A stretch of DNA of 64,000 nucleotides from the human T2T-CHM13v2.0 reference genome, Homo sapiens, in assembly GCF_009914755.1 (NCBI RefSeq), contig NC_060948.1; one strand, 5' to 3'. Under the pieces are notes generated by a model. That model was given only the letters and a program-made list of their open reading frames with translations, did not search any database and was not told where the DNA came from. Every line of letters begins with the position of its first letter. Position 1 is the first letter of the stretch. Below, one piece after another: positions 1 to 13,751 of this stretch. A program made the translations under genes and the position numbers.

Positions 1-1519
1 CTGCTTGCAGTGCAGCCCCAGGTGTCCTGGGGACCCATACCATAACTCCTGTGCTAGTGGACCATGCCTGACCAGTGGAGAGCTCCAGTGGGGGCAGCCT
101 TCATTGTCAAGCACCAACCCACTGTGTCCCTTCCCCAACTGTAGCTTCCCCCAAACCCATGGCAACTCGCCACATCACTTTGCTAGCACATGTGTATGTG
201 GGTAGGTTTTGCCTTCCCTGCTCATCCAATATGCATGTGTGAAATTCTCCATGCCATGCATCTGCTGCCCTGGCCCCACCATACCAGCATAGCAGTTGGA
301 ACCCTGGTAGGCTCAAAGCTTGCCAGTCCCCTTACCTGTGCCCTGCTCCTGTGTTAAGACTGCCACCATAGTGAACTGGGCAGAAGAATAGTGTACAATT
401 TCCTACCCTGAGCAGCTGCAGGCCTGTACTTGCCAGTGTGCCACCCCCATACTAACACCACCAAAAGTGTGACTGTGTACAGTCATCAATGATGGCTGCC
501 TCACCTTTAGCCATGCCATCTCCCATACTGCTGTGAACACCTGCACAGAGGCAGGGAACTTGGCACCTGTTAGCATCCTGCCATAGCTGAAAAGTATGCA
601 CATTACCATTCTGCCACTATGCCTGCTGCTGGCATGTGCAAACAAGGATGGGTCCTGCTGCCATTGCCCTGAAAAGTGCTTTGGCTGACATCACCCATTG
701 GAGTGTAGTAACCAGTGGTCCAAGAGAACCTGAGCCTTCTAACCTACAACAAAGAACAGTGAATTTCTAAACTCAAGGAATCAGAGAATAAGTTTAGGGC
801 AATACAAGCCACCCAGAATAGATCATGCAGCCCAAAAGTTGGGAGCTGAACCTTGGCTCCCTAAAAACCTTCAGAAAAGAAGCCAGTCAAGTGAACCCAC
901 CTTATACCACAGTAAAAACCTCAAGTCATCAAACAGGATGAAAGGAAAAAAACTCCATACAAAAGAGAGCAATTGCAAAGATTGAAGGAACATCAGTCCA
1001 CAAAGATGATAAGGAATCAGCACAAGCACTCCAACAACAGAAAAAGCCAGAGTGCCTGCCTTCCTCCAAATGACTTCACTAGCTTTCTAACAAGGGTTTT
1101 GAACTGAGTTGAGTTGGCTGAAATGACATAATTCAGAATATGGATAAGGATGATGATTATTAATGTGCAGGAGAACATTGAAATGCAGTCCAAGAAAGCT
1201 AAGAGTTACAATAAAACAATACAGGAGCTGACAGACAAAATGACCAGTGTAGAGAAGACTGTAACCAACCTGAGGGGGCTGAAAAACACAAGAATTTCAT
1301 AATAAACTCAAAAGTATTAATAGCTGAACAGACCAAGCTGAGAAAAGAATCTCAGAGCTTGAAGACTGGCTTTCTGAAATAGGACAAACAGAAATAGAGA
1401 AAAAAGAATGAAAAGAATAAAGAAAACCTCCAAGAAATATGGGATTAGGTAAACAGACCAAATTTATGACTCCTTCATATCTCTGAAAGAGATGGAATGG
1501 AAGAATGGAAGTAACTTAG

Positions 1520-1786
<267 letters not shown>

Positions 1787-2228
1787 CTCAACAATGTTTT
1801 TAAAAAAAGAAATTTTAACAAACAATTTCATATTCAGCCAAACTAAGTTCCATAAGAGAAGGAGAAATAAGCTCCTTTTTAGACAAGAAAATTCTGAAGA
1901 AATTTATTACCACCAGGCCTGTCTTACACAAGAGATCCTGAAAAAACACTAAATGTGGGAAGAAAATATTATTGCCAGCCACTACTAAAGCACACTTCAG
2001 TACATAGACCAGTGACACTATGAAGAAACCACACAAATAAGTATGCAGAATAACAAGCTAAATCTCTCAGCATTTCCTTGTCTGTAAAAGATTTTATTTC
2101 CCCTTCACTTATGAAGCTTAGTTTGGCTTTACTAACCTTGAATGTAAACAGGATAAATGCCCAAATTAAAAGGCACAAGATGGCAATCAGGGTTAAAAAA
2201 CCCTGAGACCCAATGATATGCTGTCTTC

Positions 2229-2668
2229 TTTTTATTATTATTATTATTATTATTATACTTTAATTTTAGGGTACATGTGCACAATGTGCAGGTTAGTTAC
2301 ATATGTATACATGTGCCATGCTGGTGCGCTGCACCCACTAACTCGTCATCCAGCATTAGGTATATCTCCCAGTGCTATCCCTCCCCCACTTCCCACCCCA
2401 TAACAGTCCCCAGAGTGTGATGTTCCCCTTCTTGTGTCCATGTGTTCTCATTGTGCAATTCCCACCTATGAGTGAGAATATGCGGTGTTTGGTTTTTTGT
2501 TCTTGAGATAGTTTACTGAGAATGATGATTTCCAATTTCATCCATGTCCCTACAAAGGACATGAACTCATCATTTTTTATGGCTGCATAGTATTCCATGG
2601 TGTATATGTGCCACATTTTCTTAATCCAGTCTATCATTGTTGGACATTTGGGTTGGTTCCAAGTCTTT
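2229..2668 (-). mobile_element. 5'-truncated young L1PA (PA2-PA4-like) 3' end, ~440 bp
   Basis: T/(TTA)n tail then the reverse of the L1 3'UTR; ORF 2356-2637 is the ORF2 C-terminus; TSD gatatgctgtcttc (2215-2228) / gatgtgctgtcttc (2669-2682). Confidence 0.93.
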
Positions 2669-4657
2669 GATGTGCTGTCTTCAAAAGATTCAGCTCACAT
2701 GCAATTATATCCATAAACTCAAAATAAAGGAATGGCCAAAAATCTACCAAGTAAACAGAAGACAGAAAGAATCAGAGGTTGTCATTTTAAGTTCACACAT
2801 AAAGGACTTTAAACCAAAAAGATAAGAAATGACAAAGGGCATTACGTAAAGCTAAAGAGTACAATTTAACAAGAAGACTTAGCTATTTTAAACACATATG
2901 TATGCACCCAACATAGGCTTCATAAAACAATTTCTTAGACTTTCAAAGAATCTTAGACTCCCACACACTAATGACAGAATTTAAGATATCAGTATTGACA
3001 ATATTTGGATGCATCATCGAGGCAAAAAACGTACAAAAATATTTAGGACCTAAACTCAGCACTGGATCAAATAGACCTGAGGGTCATTTACAGAAGTCTT
3101 TGCCCCCAAAACAACAGAATATACATTCTTATCATTGTCACAGGGCTGATTCTCTAAAATTGACCATGTAGTCAGACATTAAACCCTCCTCAGCAACAGT
3201 AAAACAGATGAAATTATAACAACCGCTCTCTCAGACACCAGCGCAATAAAATTGGGAATCAAGACTAATAAATTTACTGAAAACCATACAATTACATGGA
3301 AATTGAATAACCTGCTTCTGAATGCTTCCAGGTAAATAATGACATTAAGGCATAAATCAAGAACCTCCTTGAAACAAATGAGAACAAAGATACAACATAC
3401 CAGAATCTCTTGGACACAGACAGCTAAGGCAGTGTTAAGAGGCAAATTTATAGCATTAAACACCCACATAAAAAAGAAATATCTCAATCTAGCAATATAA
3501 CATTTCAACTAAAATAACAAGAGAAGCAAGAGCAAACTAACCCCACAGTTAGCACAAGAAAGGAAATACCCTAAATTTGATCTGAACTGAGGTAATTAAC
3601 ATATTAACAACCATTCAAAAGATCAATGAATCCAGGAGTTGGTTTTTGGAAATTAATAATATAGATAGACTGCTAACTAGACTAATAAAAAAGAGAGCAG
3701 ATCCAAATAAATACAGAAATGATAAAGGGGATAGTACCATAACCTCACAGAAACACAAAAAACATCAGAAAATAATATGAATGTCTTTATGCCCCTGAAC
3801 TAAAAAAAAACCTAGAAGAAATTGATAACTTCCTGGGCACATACACCCTCCCAAGATTGAACCAGGAAGAAATCAAATTCTCGAACAGACCAACAACCAA
3901 TTTCAGAACAGAACTCTGAAACTGAATCAGTAATAAGGAGCCACAACCTAACAAAGCTCAGGGCCAGAAGGATTCACACCTGAATGATGAACAAAGAAGA
4001 GCTGGTATCATTGCGACAGAAACTATTCCAAAAAATGGAGGAGGAGGAGGAACGCCTTTCTAAGTCAATCTATGAGGCCAGCATTATCTTGATACCAAAA
4101 TCTGGCAGACACATAACAACAGCAACAAAAAAGTTCAAGCCAATATCATGGATGACTATCGATGCAAAAATCCTCAACAAAATTCTGGCAAACTGAATCC
4201 AGTGGCACATCAAAAAGCTTATTTATACTATCAAGTAGCCTTTATCTCTGAGATGCAAGGGTGGTTCAACATAGCAAATCAATAAATGTGATTTATCCTT
4301 TAATAAAACTAAAGACAAAACCACATTATAATTTCAATAGATGCAAAAAATAATTTCAACAAAATTTAACACCTTTCATAGTAAAAACTCTTGATAAACT
4401 AAGCATTGAAGGAATATACCTTAAAATAGCAAGGGCCATTTGTGACAAACTCACAGCCAACATTGTATTGAATAGGAAAAAGCTGGAAGCATTCCTCTTG
4501 AAAGCTGGCACAAGACAAGGATTTCCTCTCTCAGCACACATATTCAACATAGTACTGGAAGTCCTGAGCAGATCAATCAGGTAGTAGAAAGAAATAAAGG
4601 AAATCCAAATAGAAAGAAAGGAAGGCAAACTCTCCCTCTTTGCAGATAACATTATTC

Positions 4658-5531
4658 TGTTGTAGTTTCACCAGTGCACAAAGTTGTAACAGTCTCTCAT
4701 TGTCTGAGATATAGCAAGAGTTCTTTGTCTGAGATGACTAAGGAGTGCGGACACTAGGGTTAGGTCAGAGCAAAAGTTTAAAAAGCAAAAGAAGGAAGTT
4801 CTCCGCTAGCAGAGGGTTGGGGGTGCCAAATAGGGTCCCTCTATGAGGCTGGGGTCCAGGGTTTTCATGGACTGGGAAGGGGAAGGAATATGCTTAGTCT
4901 GTGTGCTGTCTTGGAGAACTCCTGACTCAGCTTTGCCTGGGGTCTCGGCCTGGGGCCTTGGCCCTGGACCAATCAGGAAGCCTAGCCCAGGGGCCAATTA
5001 GGGGCTGAAGTGGTAATTCATAGAGGCAGCTAGGCCTGGGACCTATTGGCAGCTGAAGTAAAAGCTTGACCTAGGACCTTGACCCAGGACCAATCAGGAG
5101 ATGAACTGATGATTCATAGATGCTGGGCTCACAATCTAAAAAGGAAAGGAAAGGAAACTGCCCACCAGAACCCAACAGAGAACAGTGTGTTCATGCTCAT
5201 AAAAGCAGAAGAGACTTTTTTCCTGGAAGCCCACTGATGATAGAAAGGATAATGGCATTTCTCTGTCAGGACTTGTTCTCTTAAACAGGGAAACAAGTAA
5301 GCTGGAGATTCCTGTAAGTTTTTATGTGAGTAACCTGGAGCTCCCTTATCTGTACAGCTGTGGGCATGTCTCCAGGCACAACTCCTTGTGCTAGTTTTCT
5401 TATCAGTACATGCAGCTTGATTTATTTTTCCAGCCTGCTTTTTGGGGCTGAGGCACTGATCAGTGGGTCAGGGAATCTCCGGGGACCCCTCCCTTGCTGT
5501 CTACTTAAAAGAAGCTAGATAAATCATCTCA
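4658..5531 (-). mobile_element. Solo ERV1 LTR, MER66-like (MER4 group)
   Basis: TG...CA termini with 4-bp TSD attc (4654-4657 / 5532-5535) splitting L1 ORF2; reverse complement aligns by eye to the LTRs at 11953 and 27567. Confidence 0.85.
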
Positions 5532-6565
5532 ATTCTACATCTAGAAAACCTCATAGTCTTGGCCCAAAAGCTCCCTCAGCTGATAAATAACTTCAGCAAA
5601 ATCTAAGCATAGAAAATCAATGCACAAAAATTACTAGCATTTGTATATATCAAAAATTGTCAAGCCAAGAGTAAAACCAGGGACATAAATCCCATTCACT
5701 ATTGCCACAAAAAGAATAAAATATATAGAAATACACTTAACCAGAGAGGTCAAAAATCACCACAAGAACTAAAAAGTACTGGTCAAAAAAGTCAGAGATA
5801 AAGCAAACAAATGGGAATACATTCCATGCTCATGGATAGGAAGAATCAACATCATAAAATGGTCATACTGCCCAAAGCAATTTATAGATGGAATGCTATT
5901 CCTATTAAACTACCAATTAAATTTTTCACAGGACTAAAAAAAACTATTTTAAAATTAATATGGAAACACAAATTATCCCAGATAGCCAGGGGAATTCTAT
6001 ACAAAAAGAGCAAAGGTGGAGGCATCATGTTACCTGACTTCAAAGTATACTTCAGGCCTACAGTTAACAAAACAGCATGGTGCTGGTATAAAAGTAGACA
6101 TTTAGATCAATGGAAAGGAATAGAGAGCCTAGAAATAAGACCTCATATTTGCCATCTAATCTTTGATAGAGCTGACAAAAAGAAGCAATGGGAAAAGAAC
6201 TCTCTATTCAATAAATCATTCTGGGATAACCACCTAGCCATATTCAGTAGATTGAAATGGGACCCCTTTCTTACACCACAAACAAAAATTAACTGAAGAT
6301 CAATTAAAGGCTTATGTAAAACTTAAAGGAATAGAAATTCTGAAAGACAACCTACGCAATAGCATTCTGGAGATAGGAATGGGCAAAGATTTCATGACAA
6401 AGATTCCAAAAACAATTGCAACAAAAGCAACATTTGACAAGCAGAATCTATTTAAACTAAAGAGCTTCTGTGCAATATAAGGAACAATCAACAGGGTAAG
6501 CAGACAAACTATAGAATGGGATAAATAATTTGGTTCATTAATGGTAACAAATATGTCACATCTTA

Positions 6566-6850
6566 GGCTGGGCATGGTGACTCATGCCTGTAATCCCAGC
6601 ATTTTGGGAGGCTGAGTTGGGCAGGTCATCTTAGGTCAGGGGGTTGAGATCAGCCTGGCCAACATGGTGAAACCCCGTCTCTACTAAAAACAGAAAAATT
6701 AGCCAGGTGTGGTGATGGGTCCTGTAATCTCAGCTACTTGAGAGGCTGAGGTATGAGAATTGTTTGAACCCAGAAGGCAGAGGTTTCAGTGAGCTGAGAT
6801 CACACCACTGTACTCCAGCCTGGGGGATGGAGTGAGAATCTGTCCCCAAA
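6566..6850 (+). mobile_element. AluS inserted in an old L1M 3' fragment
   Basis: ggctgggcatggtgactcatgcctgtaatcccagc...; TSD cacatctt at 6557-6564 / 7055-7062. Confidence 0.92.
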
Positions 6851-7015
6851 ATTATATATATATATGTATATATATATACACACACACACACACACGTATA
6901 TATATATACACGTATATATATATATACGTATATATATATACACATATATATATACACGTATATTATATATATATACGTGTATATATATATACACGTATAT
7001 TATATATATATACAC

Positions 7016-7046
<31 letters not shown>

Positions 7047-7054
7047 AACACACC
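6851..7054. repeat. Compound (TA)n/(CA)n/TACG microsatellite derived from the Alu tail
   Basis: ~200 bp of near-continuous purine-pyrimidine alternation between the Alu body and its TSD. Confidence 0.95.
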
Positions 7055-7109
7055 CACATCTTTTCAAGATGTTAATAACAGAAAAACTGAAGATGAGTAG
7101 ATTAAATTT

Positions 7110-8170
7110 GAAATGTAGTGTAAGTTTAGGTCCCAATTTTGTTGTTGGTAAATAGCAAGTTGTCCCAGGAGTATGAAGAGACTATTCTTTCTCTGTATAA
7201 TGATGTTGAAACCTTTGTCAAAAAGCAACTGACATTATATGTCTGGATTATTTTTTGGAGTCTCAATCCTATCACAATTTTCTTTACACTTATACTACAC
7301 TGTCTTGAATTGTGTAATTTTATAATACATTTTGAAATCCAGTATGAGTCCTGCAACTATGCCCTTCTTTCTCTCAATTGTTTTGCATTTTCATGGTCAC
7401 TTGCTTTTTCATATTAAATTTATGATTAACTTCTTCATTTTGGCAAAAATTGCCAGTGGGATTTTGGTAGGTTTACATTAAATTTGCAAAGTTTTTTTTG
7501 GAAATACTGACATTTTAACAATATTAAGTCTTTCAATCCATGAACATAATATATTTCCATTTATTAAGGTCTTCTTTTATTTATTTAGCAATGTTTTGTA
7601 GTAATTAGTGCAAAATAGTATAATACTCTCCTATTTAAAGGTATTCCTAAGGATTTTATCCTTCAGGTGTTATTATAAAAATGATTTTAAGACTTTTTTT
7701 GAGATTGCTCATTGACAATAAGTTTCTTTTTGTTGTCAATCCTATACCCAGTAAACTGCTGGATTCATTTGTTATCTTTATTAGTTTTTATTTTGTAATT
7801 CTAGAATTTTCTATGTATAGGATGACATCATCAACCAATAAAGATAGCTTTGCTTCTTCCTATCCAATTTAGATTTTTATCAATTTAAATTTTATATTCT
7901 ATTATTTAAAATTTTATTTAATCTTTTTTTTCTTGCCTAACTATTCTGACTAGAACATTTTGTACAATGTTGAGTATCAGTGGTGAAAGCAGGCAACCTT
8001 GTATTGAACTCAGTGGGTATATTTTCAGCCTTTCACCATTAAATATGACATTAACTGTAGGTTTTTAAACAAATACTCTTTAATTTTCTAAGGAAGTTTT
8101 TTTCTCTTTGTAGCTTACTGAGTGTTTTCATCATATAAGTGTTCGCTTCTGTCAAATGCTGTTTTAAGTC
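7110..8170 (-). mobile_element. Old L1M ORF2 fragment
   Basis: Degenerate reverse L1 ORF2 motifs (e.g. ccatgaacat, gtacaatgttgag...agtggtgaaagcaggcaaccttgt). Confidence 0.75.
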
Positions 8171-8571
8171 TAGTTTAATGCCCATAGAGACACATTGAAA
8201 ATTGTAGTTAACATGGACAGGATGATGAGAATAATTCCAAACAAAACTTGTGAGCAGAGTATTACAGGTCACTTCTGAATGATATCATTTAATTTAATTG
8301 CAAGCTTTTTCAGCATGTACTTTCTTCCTGCCATAGTTACCATTAGCATCACAGCAGAGTCTCTAAGTGAGAAAAGCATAAATTTTGTACTCTATATGCC
8401 AAACCTATTCTATAATAAATGTGTAGCAAGAGAAAAAAAATTCCATTGAGTCTGAAGATGATTTAATATTTTAGTGTAACCCAAACTGATTTTCCTGACT
8501 CATAAAGCAAGAATATATTATCAAAACCATTATATAACACAAAGTTATTAAGACCAGAAAATGTATCTGCC

Positions 8572-8708
8572 AGCTGAGCAAGGTGTCTCACAAACCTAAT
8601 CCCAACATGTTGGGAGGTTGAGGCTGAAGGACCGCTTGAGACCAGGAGTTTGAGGCCACCCTGGCCAATACAGTGAGACCCAATCTCATATTAAAAAAAA
8701 AAAAAAAT
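8572..8708 (+). mobile_element. FLAM-type Alu monomer
   Basis: Single left-arm-like unit followed directly by poly-A; flanking tatctgcc repeat. Confidence 0.8.
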
Positions 8709-8967
8709 CTACATATCTGCCTTTGGAGCACTCATCTGTACTTTTTCTTTCCTCTGGCTTATTTTTAATCAGTCTAGCAACATAGTCCTTCCAAAATCTA
8801 AAATTAATATAGAGTTATATAGGCCTGAACAGTGTTAAATCAGTGTTCTTTCTAATCAGGTACTACATTTTAAACATTACTGAATATTTAATCAACTCTA
8901 CTTTTAAGAACTTTGCTCACATGTAGCAATAATGTCTAGGTTGAATAAAGCCCCCCACCCCCCGCCC

Positions 8968-9256
8968 TTTTCTTTTTGAGATTGAGTCTCACTCTGTCAC
9001 CAGGTTGGAGTGCAGTGACATGATCTCGGCTTAATGCAAACTCTGCCTTCTGGGATCAAGTGATTCTCCTACCTCAGCCTCCCAAGTAGCTAGGATTACA
9101 GGAGTGCACCATGATGCCTGGCTAATTTTCATATTTTCAGTGGAGATGGGGTTTCACCATGTTGGCCAGGATGGTCTCGATCTCCTGACCTCGTGATCTG
9201 CCTGTATCAGCCTCCCAAACTGTTGGGGTTACAGGCATGAGCCACTGTGCCCAGCC
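8968..9256 (-). mobile_element. AluS
   Basis: Reverse Alu dimer; gaataaa on both flanks (8943-8949 / 9258-9264). Confidence 0.92.
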
Positions 9257-9519
9257 CGAATAAACTCTTAATTGCAAATTTCAAATGCCTCAAGTCTTAA
9301 ATCTATGGGGTTATAATCATATCATTTACCTCTGATTTTTTAAACATCTAAACATCTAAAAACTAAAATGCAGCCATGAATAAGTGATGAACCAACATAA
9401 TTGCTTACAATTACTAAAAGTATTGCCCTGATATTTTTACATAAAAATATTTTTTTGTACAGATAAACTCATTGAAAATGGATATTGCTGCAAATTCTTT
9501 CATTCTTTCTTGATGGTTA

Positions 9520-10442
9520 TTTTAAGGATGTTGGCACATTGAAATTTAGCTGACTCTAATGTAAGAACTTTGTTTGGTGTTTCTTGGGTGGGTACAATGT
9601 AATCACAAAAGTCTTAAAAAACGAAAAGGTGGCTGGGTGCAGTGGCTCGTGCATGTAATCCCAGCACTTTGGGAGGCCAATGAGGGTGGATCCCAAGGTC
9701 AAAAATTCAAGACCAGCCTGACCAACATGGTGAAACCCAGTCCCTACTAAAAATACAAAAATTAGCTGGCCATGGTGGTGCACACCTGTAACACAAGCTA
9801 TTCAGGAAGCTGAGGCAGGAGAATCGCTTGAACCCAGGAGGTGGAGGTTGTAGTGAGCCGAGATCATGCCACTGCACTGCAGCCTGTGCTACAGACCAAG
9901 ACATTGCCTCAGGAAAAAAGAAAAGAAAAAGTAAGGAAGAGTAGAATCAGTGTCAGAAAGATGTGATGATGGAAGTAGAAACAAGAGAGAGTCAAGGAAG
10001 AACTCAATCCATTACTGATGGTTAAAAAAAAGGAAAAGGTACTTTAAATATGTGAATAAAGATCTTGACACAAAATTTATCATGAATTATCCAAGTGGGT
10101 GCAATGTAATCACAAACATTCTTATAAAAGAGAACCAGCAGGATCAGAGTGTGAGACAGAAAACAGTATGTACAGAATCAGAGGCCAGAGGCCAGAGAGG
10201 AGAGAATATATTACATGGTTGTTTTTGAAGAAAAAGGAGCCATAAGCCACATACTGGCAGATATCTAAAAGCTAAAGTCACAGAAATAAATTCTTACCTA
10301 AAGCTTCCAGAGGTAGCCAAAATCTTGATTTTTTTCCTCTTTAAAAATAATTCTGCTTTTCTGGCATTCAGAACAGTAAGATAATTTTGGATGGTTTTAA
10401 GAAACTGTTATTTTGTTATAGCAATGATAGAAAACTAATATA
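9520..10442 (+). mobile_element. MaLR LTR, MLT1D/E-like, interrupted by an Alu
   Basis: gggtgggtacaatgtaatcaca motif (repeated at ~10090) and terminal tttgttatagcaatgatagaaaactaata. Confidence 0.75.
9631..9930 (+). mobile_element. AluS
   Basis: Full Alu dimer with A-rich tail. Confidence 0.92.
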
Positions 10443-10444
10443 AA

Positions 10445-11952
10445 CCATTGTGTATAAGTACCACATTTTCTTTACCCATTCATCTGTCAATGGATGCATA
10501 GATTGCTTCCAAATTTTGGCTATTGCGAACAGTAATACATCAAACATAAGAATGTTTCAATATCCTGGTTTCCTTTCTTTTGGGTATATACCCAGAAGTG
10601 GGATTGCTGGGTTAATAAGGTAGCTCTCTTTTAATTTTCTGAGGAACTTCTAAACTATGCTCCATAGTGATTGTACTAATTTACATTCCCACCAACGGTG
10701 TACATAGATACACTTTTCTTCACGTCCTCACCATTATTTTTTATTGCCTATCTTTTGGCTGTAGTCCCTTTTAACTGGGATGAAATAATATCTCATTGTA
10801 GTTTTGATTTATATTTCTGTGATAATCAGTAATGTTAACCACTTTTGCTGTTTGGCATTTGTATGTCTTATTTTAAGAAATGTCTATTCAAATCTTTTTT
10901 GCCAATTTTAATCAGATTATTAGTTTTTTTCCTATAATGTTTGCACTCCTTATGTACTCTGTTTATTAATTTCTTGTCAATTGGGTAGTTTGCAGATATT
11001 TTCTCTCATTCTGTGGGTTGTCTCTTCTCTTTGTTGATTGTGTCCTTTGTTGTGCAGAAAGCTTTGTAACTTGATATGATCCCGTTTGTTCATTTTGCTT
11101 GGGTTTCCTGTTCTTTTGGGATATTACTCAAGAAATTTTGCCCAGAACAACGTCCTGGAGAGTTTCCCCAATGTTTCACTTTAGTAGTTTTCTAGTTGGA
11201 GATCCTATATTAGTCTTTAATCCATTTTGATTTAATTTTTGTATATGATAAGAAATAGGGGTATAATTTTATTATTCTGAATATAGATATCCACTTTTCC
11301 CAGCACCATTTATTGAAGAAACTGCTTTTCCCAATATGTATGATACCTTTTTTGAAAATAAGCTCACTGTAGGTGTATGGTTTCTGAGTTCTTTATACTG
11401 TTACATTGGTTTATGTGTCTATTTTTATTTCTGTGTCATGCTGTTTTGGTTATCATAGCTCTGCAGTATATTTTTGAAGTCAGGTAATATAAATTCCTCC
11501 AGTTTTGTTCTTTTTGCTCAGAATCGCTTTGGCTATTTTGGATCTTTTGTGGTTTTATATGAATTTGAGACTTTTTTTCTATTTCTGTGAAGAATGTCAT
11601 TGGTATTTTGATAATTGCATTGAATCTGTAGACTGTTTTGGGTAGTATGACTATTTTTAACAATATTGGTTATTTCAATTCATGAACATTAAATATTTTT
11701 CCATTTTTTGATGTCTGCTTCAACTTCTTTCATTAGTGTTTTGTAGTCTTAATTGTAAAGATCTTTTCACTTCTTTGTGTTTTTTATTTCAATATTATTT
11801 ATTCTTCCTTTGATCTTTATTTTTCTCTTTGAATCTTAGGTTCAGTTTGCTCTTGCTTTTCTAGTTCCTTAAGATGCATTGTTAGGTTATTTCTTTGGAG
11901 TTTTTCTTTTTTTGGTGTAGGCACTTATAGCTATAAGTTCCCCTACTAGTAC
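10445..11952 (-). mobile_element. L1MA/PB-like fragment hosting the provirus; resumes at 28332
   Basis: ORF 11436-11663 'KIVILPKTVYRFNAI'; endonuclease-region sequence breaks at 11952 and continues at 28332. Confidence 0.85.
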
Positions 11953-13066
<1,114 letters not shown>

Positions 13067-13069
13067 TCT

Positions 13070-13087
13070 TGGTGCATTGGCCGGGAA
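13070..13087 (+). promoter_or_regulatory. Primer-binding site complementary to the 3' end of tRNA-Gly(GCC)
   Basis: tggtgcattggccgggaa is the reverse complement of ...TTCCCGGCCAATGCACCA and lies 3 nt after the LTR end. Confidence 0.88.
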
Positions 13088-13177
13088 GAAAATAATTCAT
13101 CATAAGGGCAAGAGTGAACCTTTAACTCTTTGCTTTCATTTCTCAAACTTATTGTCTACTCCAATCTAGTTTCTTTT

Positions 13178-13751
13178 TGAGGGACAAAGTGGCTAAGTTG
13201 TCTGGACTTCCTGGGTCAAGAGGGACTTCCCCAAGGGGCTTTTTCCTAAGCCAAAATGAATCATAGCTGCAAACTAAGGGATTGAAACTTCAACCAATCA
13301 AAGAGGACTTTCCCCTAAGCCAAAATGAGTAATAGCTGCAAACTAAGGGATTGAAACATCAACCAATCATATAGGGAGTTTAAGCTGTAGCTGCAGCCTG
13401 ATGTTTTTAATCAATCAGGACCACCAATCTACAACCAGATGGAAAGTAAGCTAATCCTATAGGACAGAAAAAGGAAAAGGGAGGAGTCATAAGTGGATAT
13501 AAGCATAGGACACCGAAGTCAGAGACAGCAACCCTTCCAGGTCCACTTCCACCATGTGGAAGCTTTACTTTTGCTTTACTTTCACTTTTGCTTTAGTAAG
13601 TCTTGCCGTTGCACACTCTTTGGATCCATGCGTTTCTCTAATCAAGCTATAACACTCGCTGCTGAGTCCATGCTTCATTCCTTGAAGCCCATGAGACCAT
13701 GAACCCTTCGATGGAGAAAAACCTTTGATGGGAAGAAGACATCTCGTCTCA
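13178..13751 (+). mobile_element. Nested solo ERV1 LTR (LTR12/LTR17-like layout) in the provirus leader
   Basis: tgagggac...gtctca termini; ctttt/ctttc flanks; 69-bp tandem CCAAT-containing repeats; TATA-like gatataag at ~13496. Confidence 0.75.

Noticed and set aside
6730-7155. Several Y/I/T/H-rich ORFs on both strands
   Set aside because: They are translations of the (TA)n/(CA)n microsatellite
9556-9904. Alu-antisense ORFs here and at 12583, 18607, 45634, 51096, 60501
   Set aside because: These are routine Alu-derived open frames with no evidence of being genes
13070-13087. tRNA-Gly gene
   Set aside because: Only the 18-nt complement of the tRNA 3' end including CCA, which makes it a PBS; no tRNA body
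13230-13372. Direct repeats as a CRISPR-like array
   Set aside because: Only two adjacent units with no unique spacers, inside an LTR U3 in primate DNA
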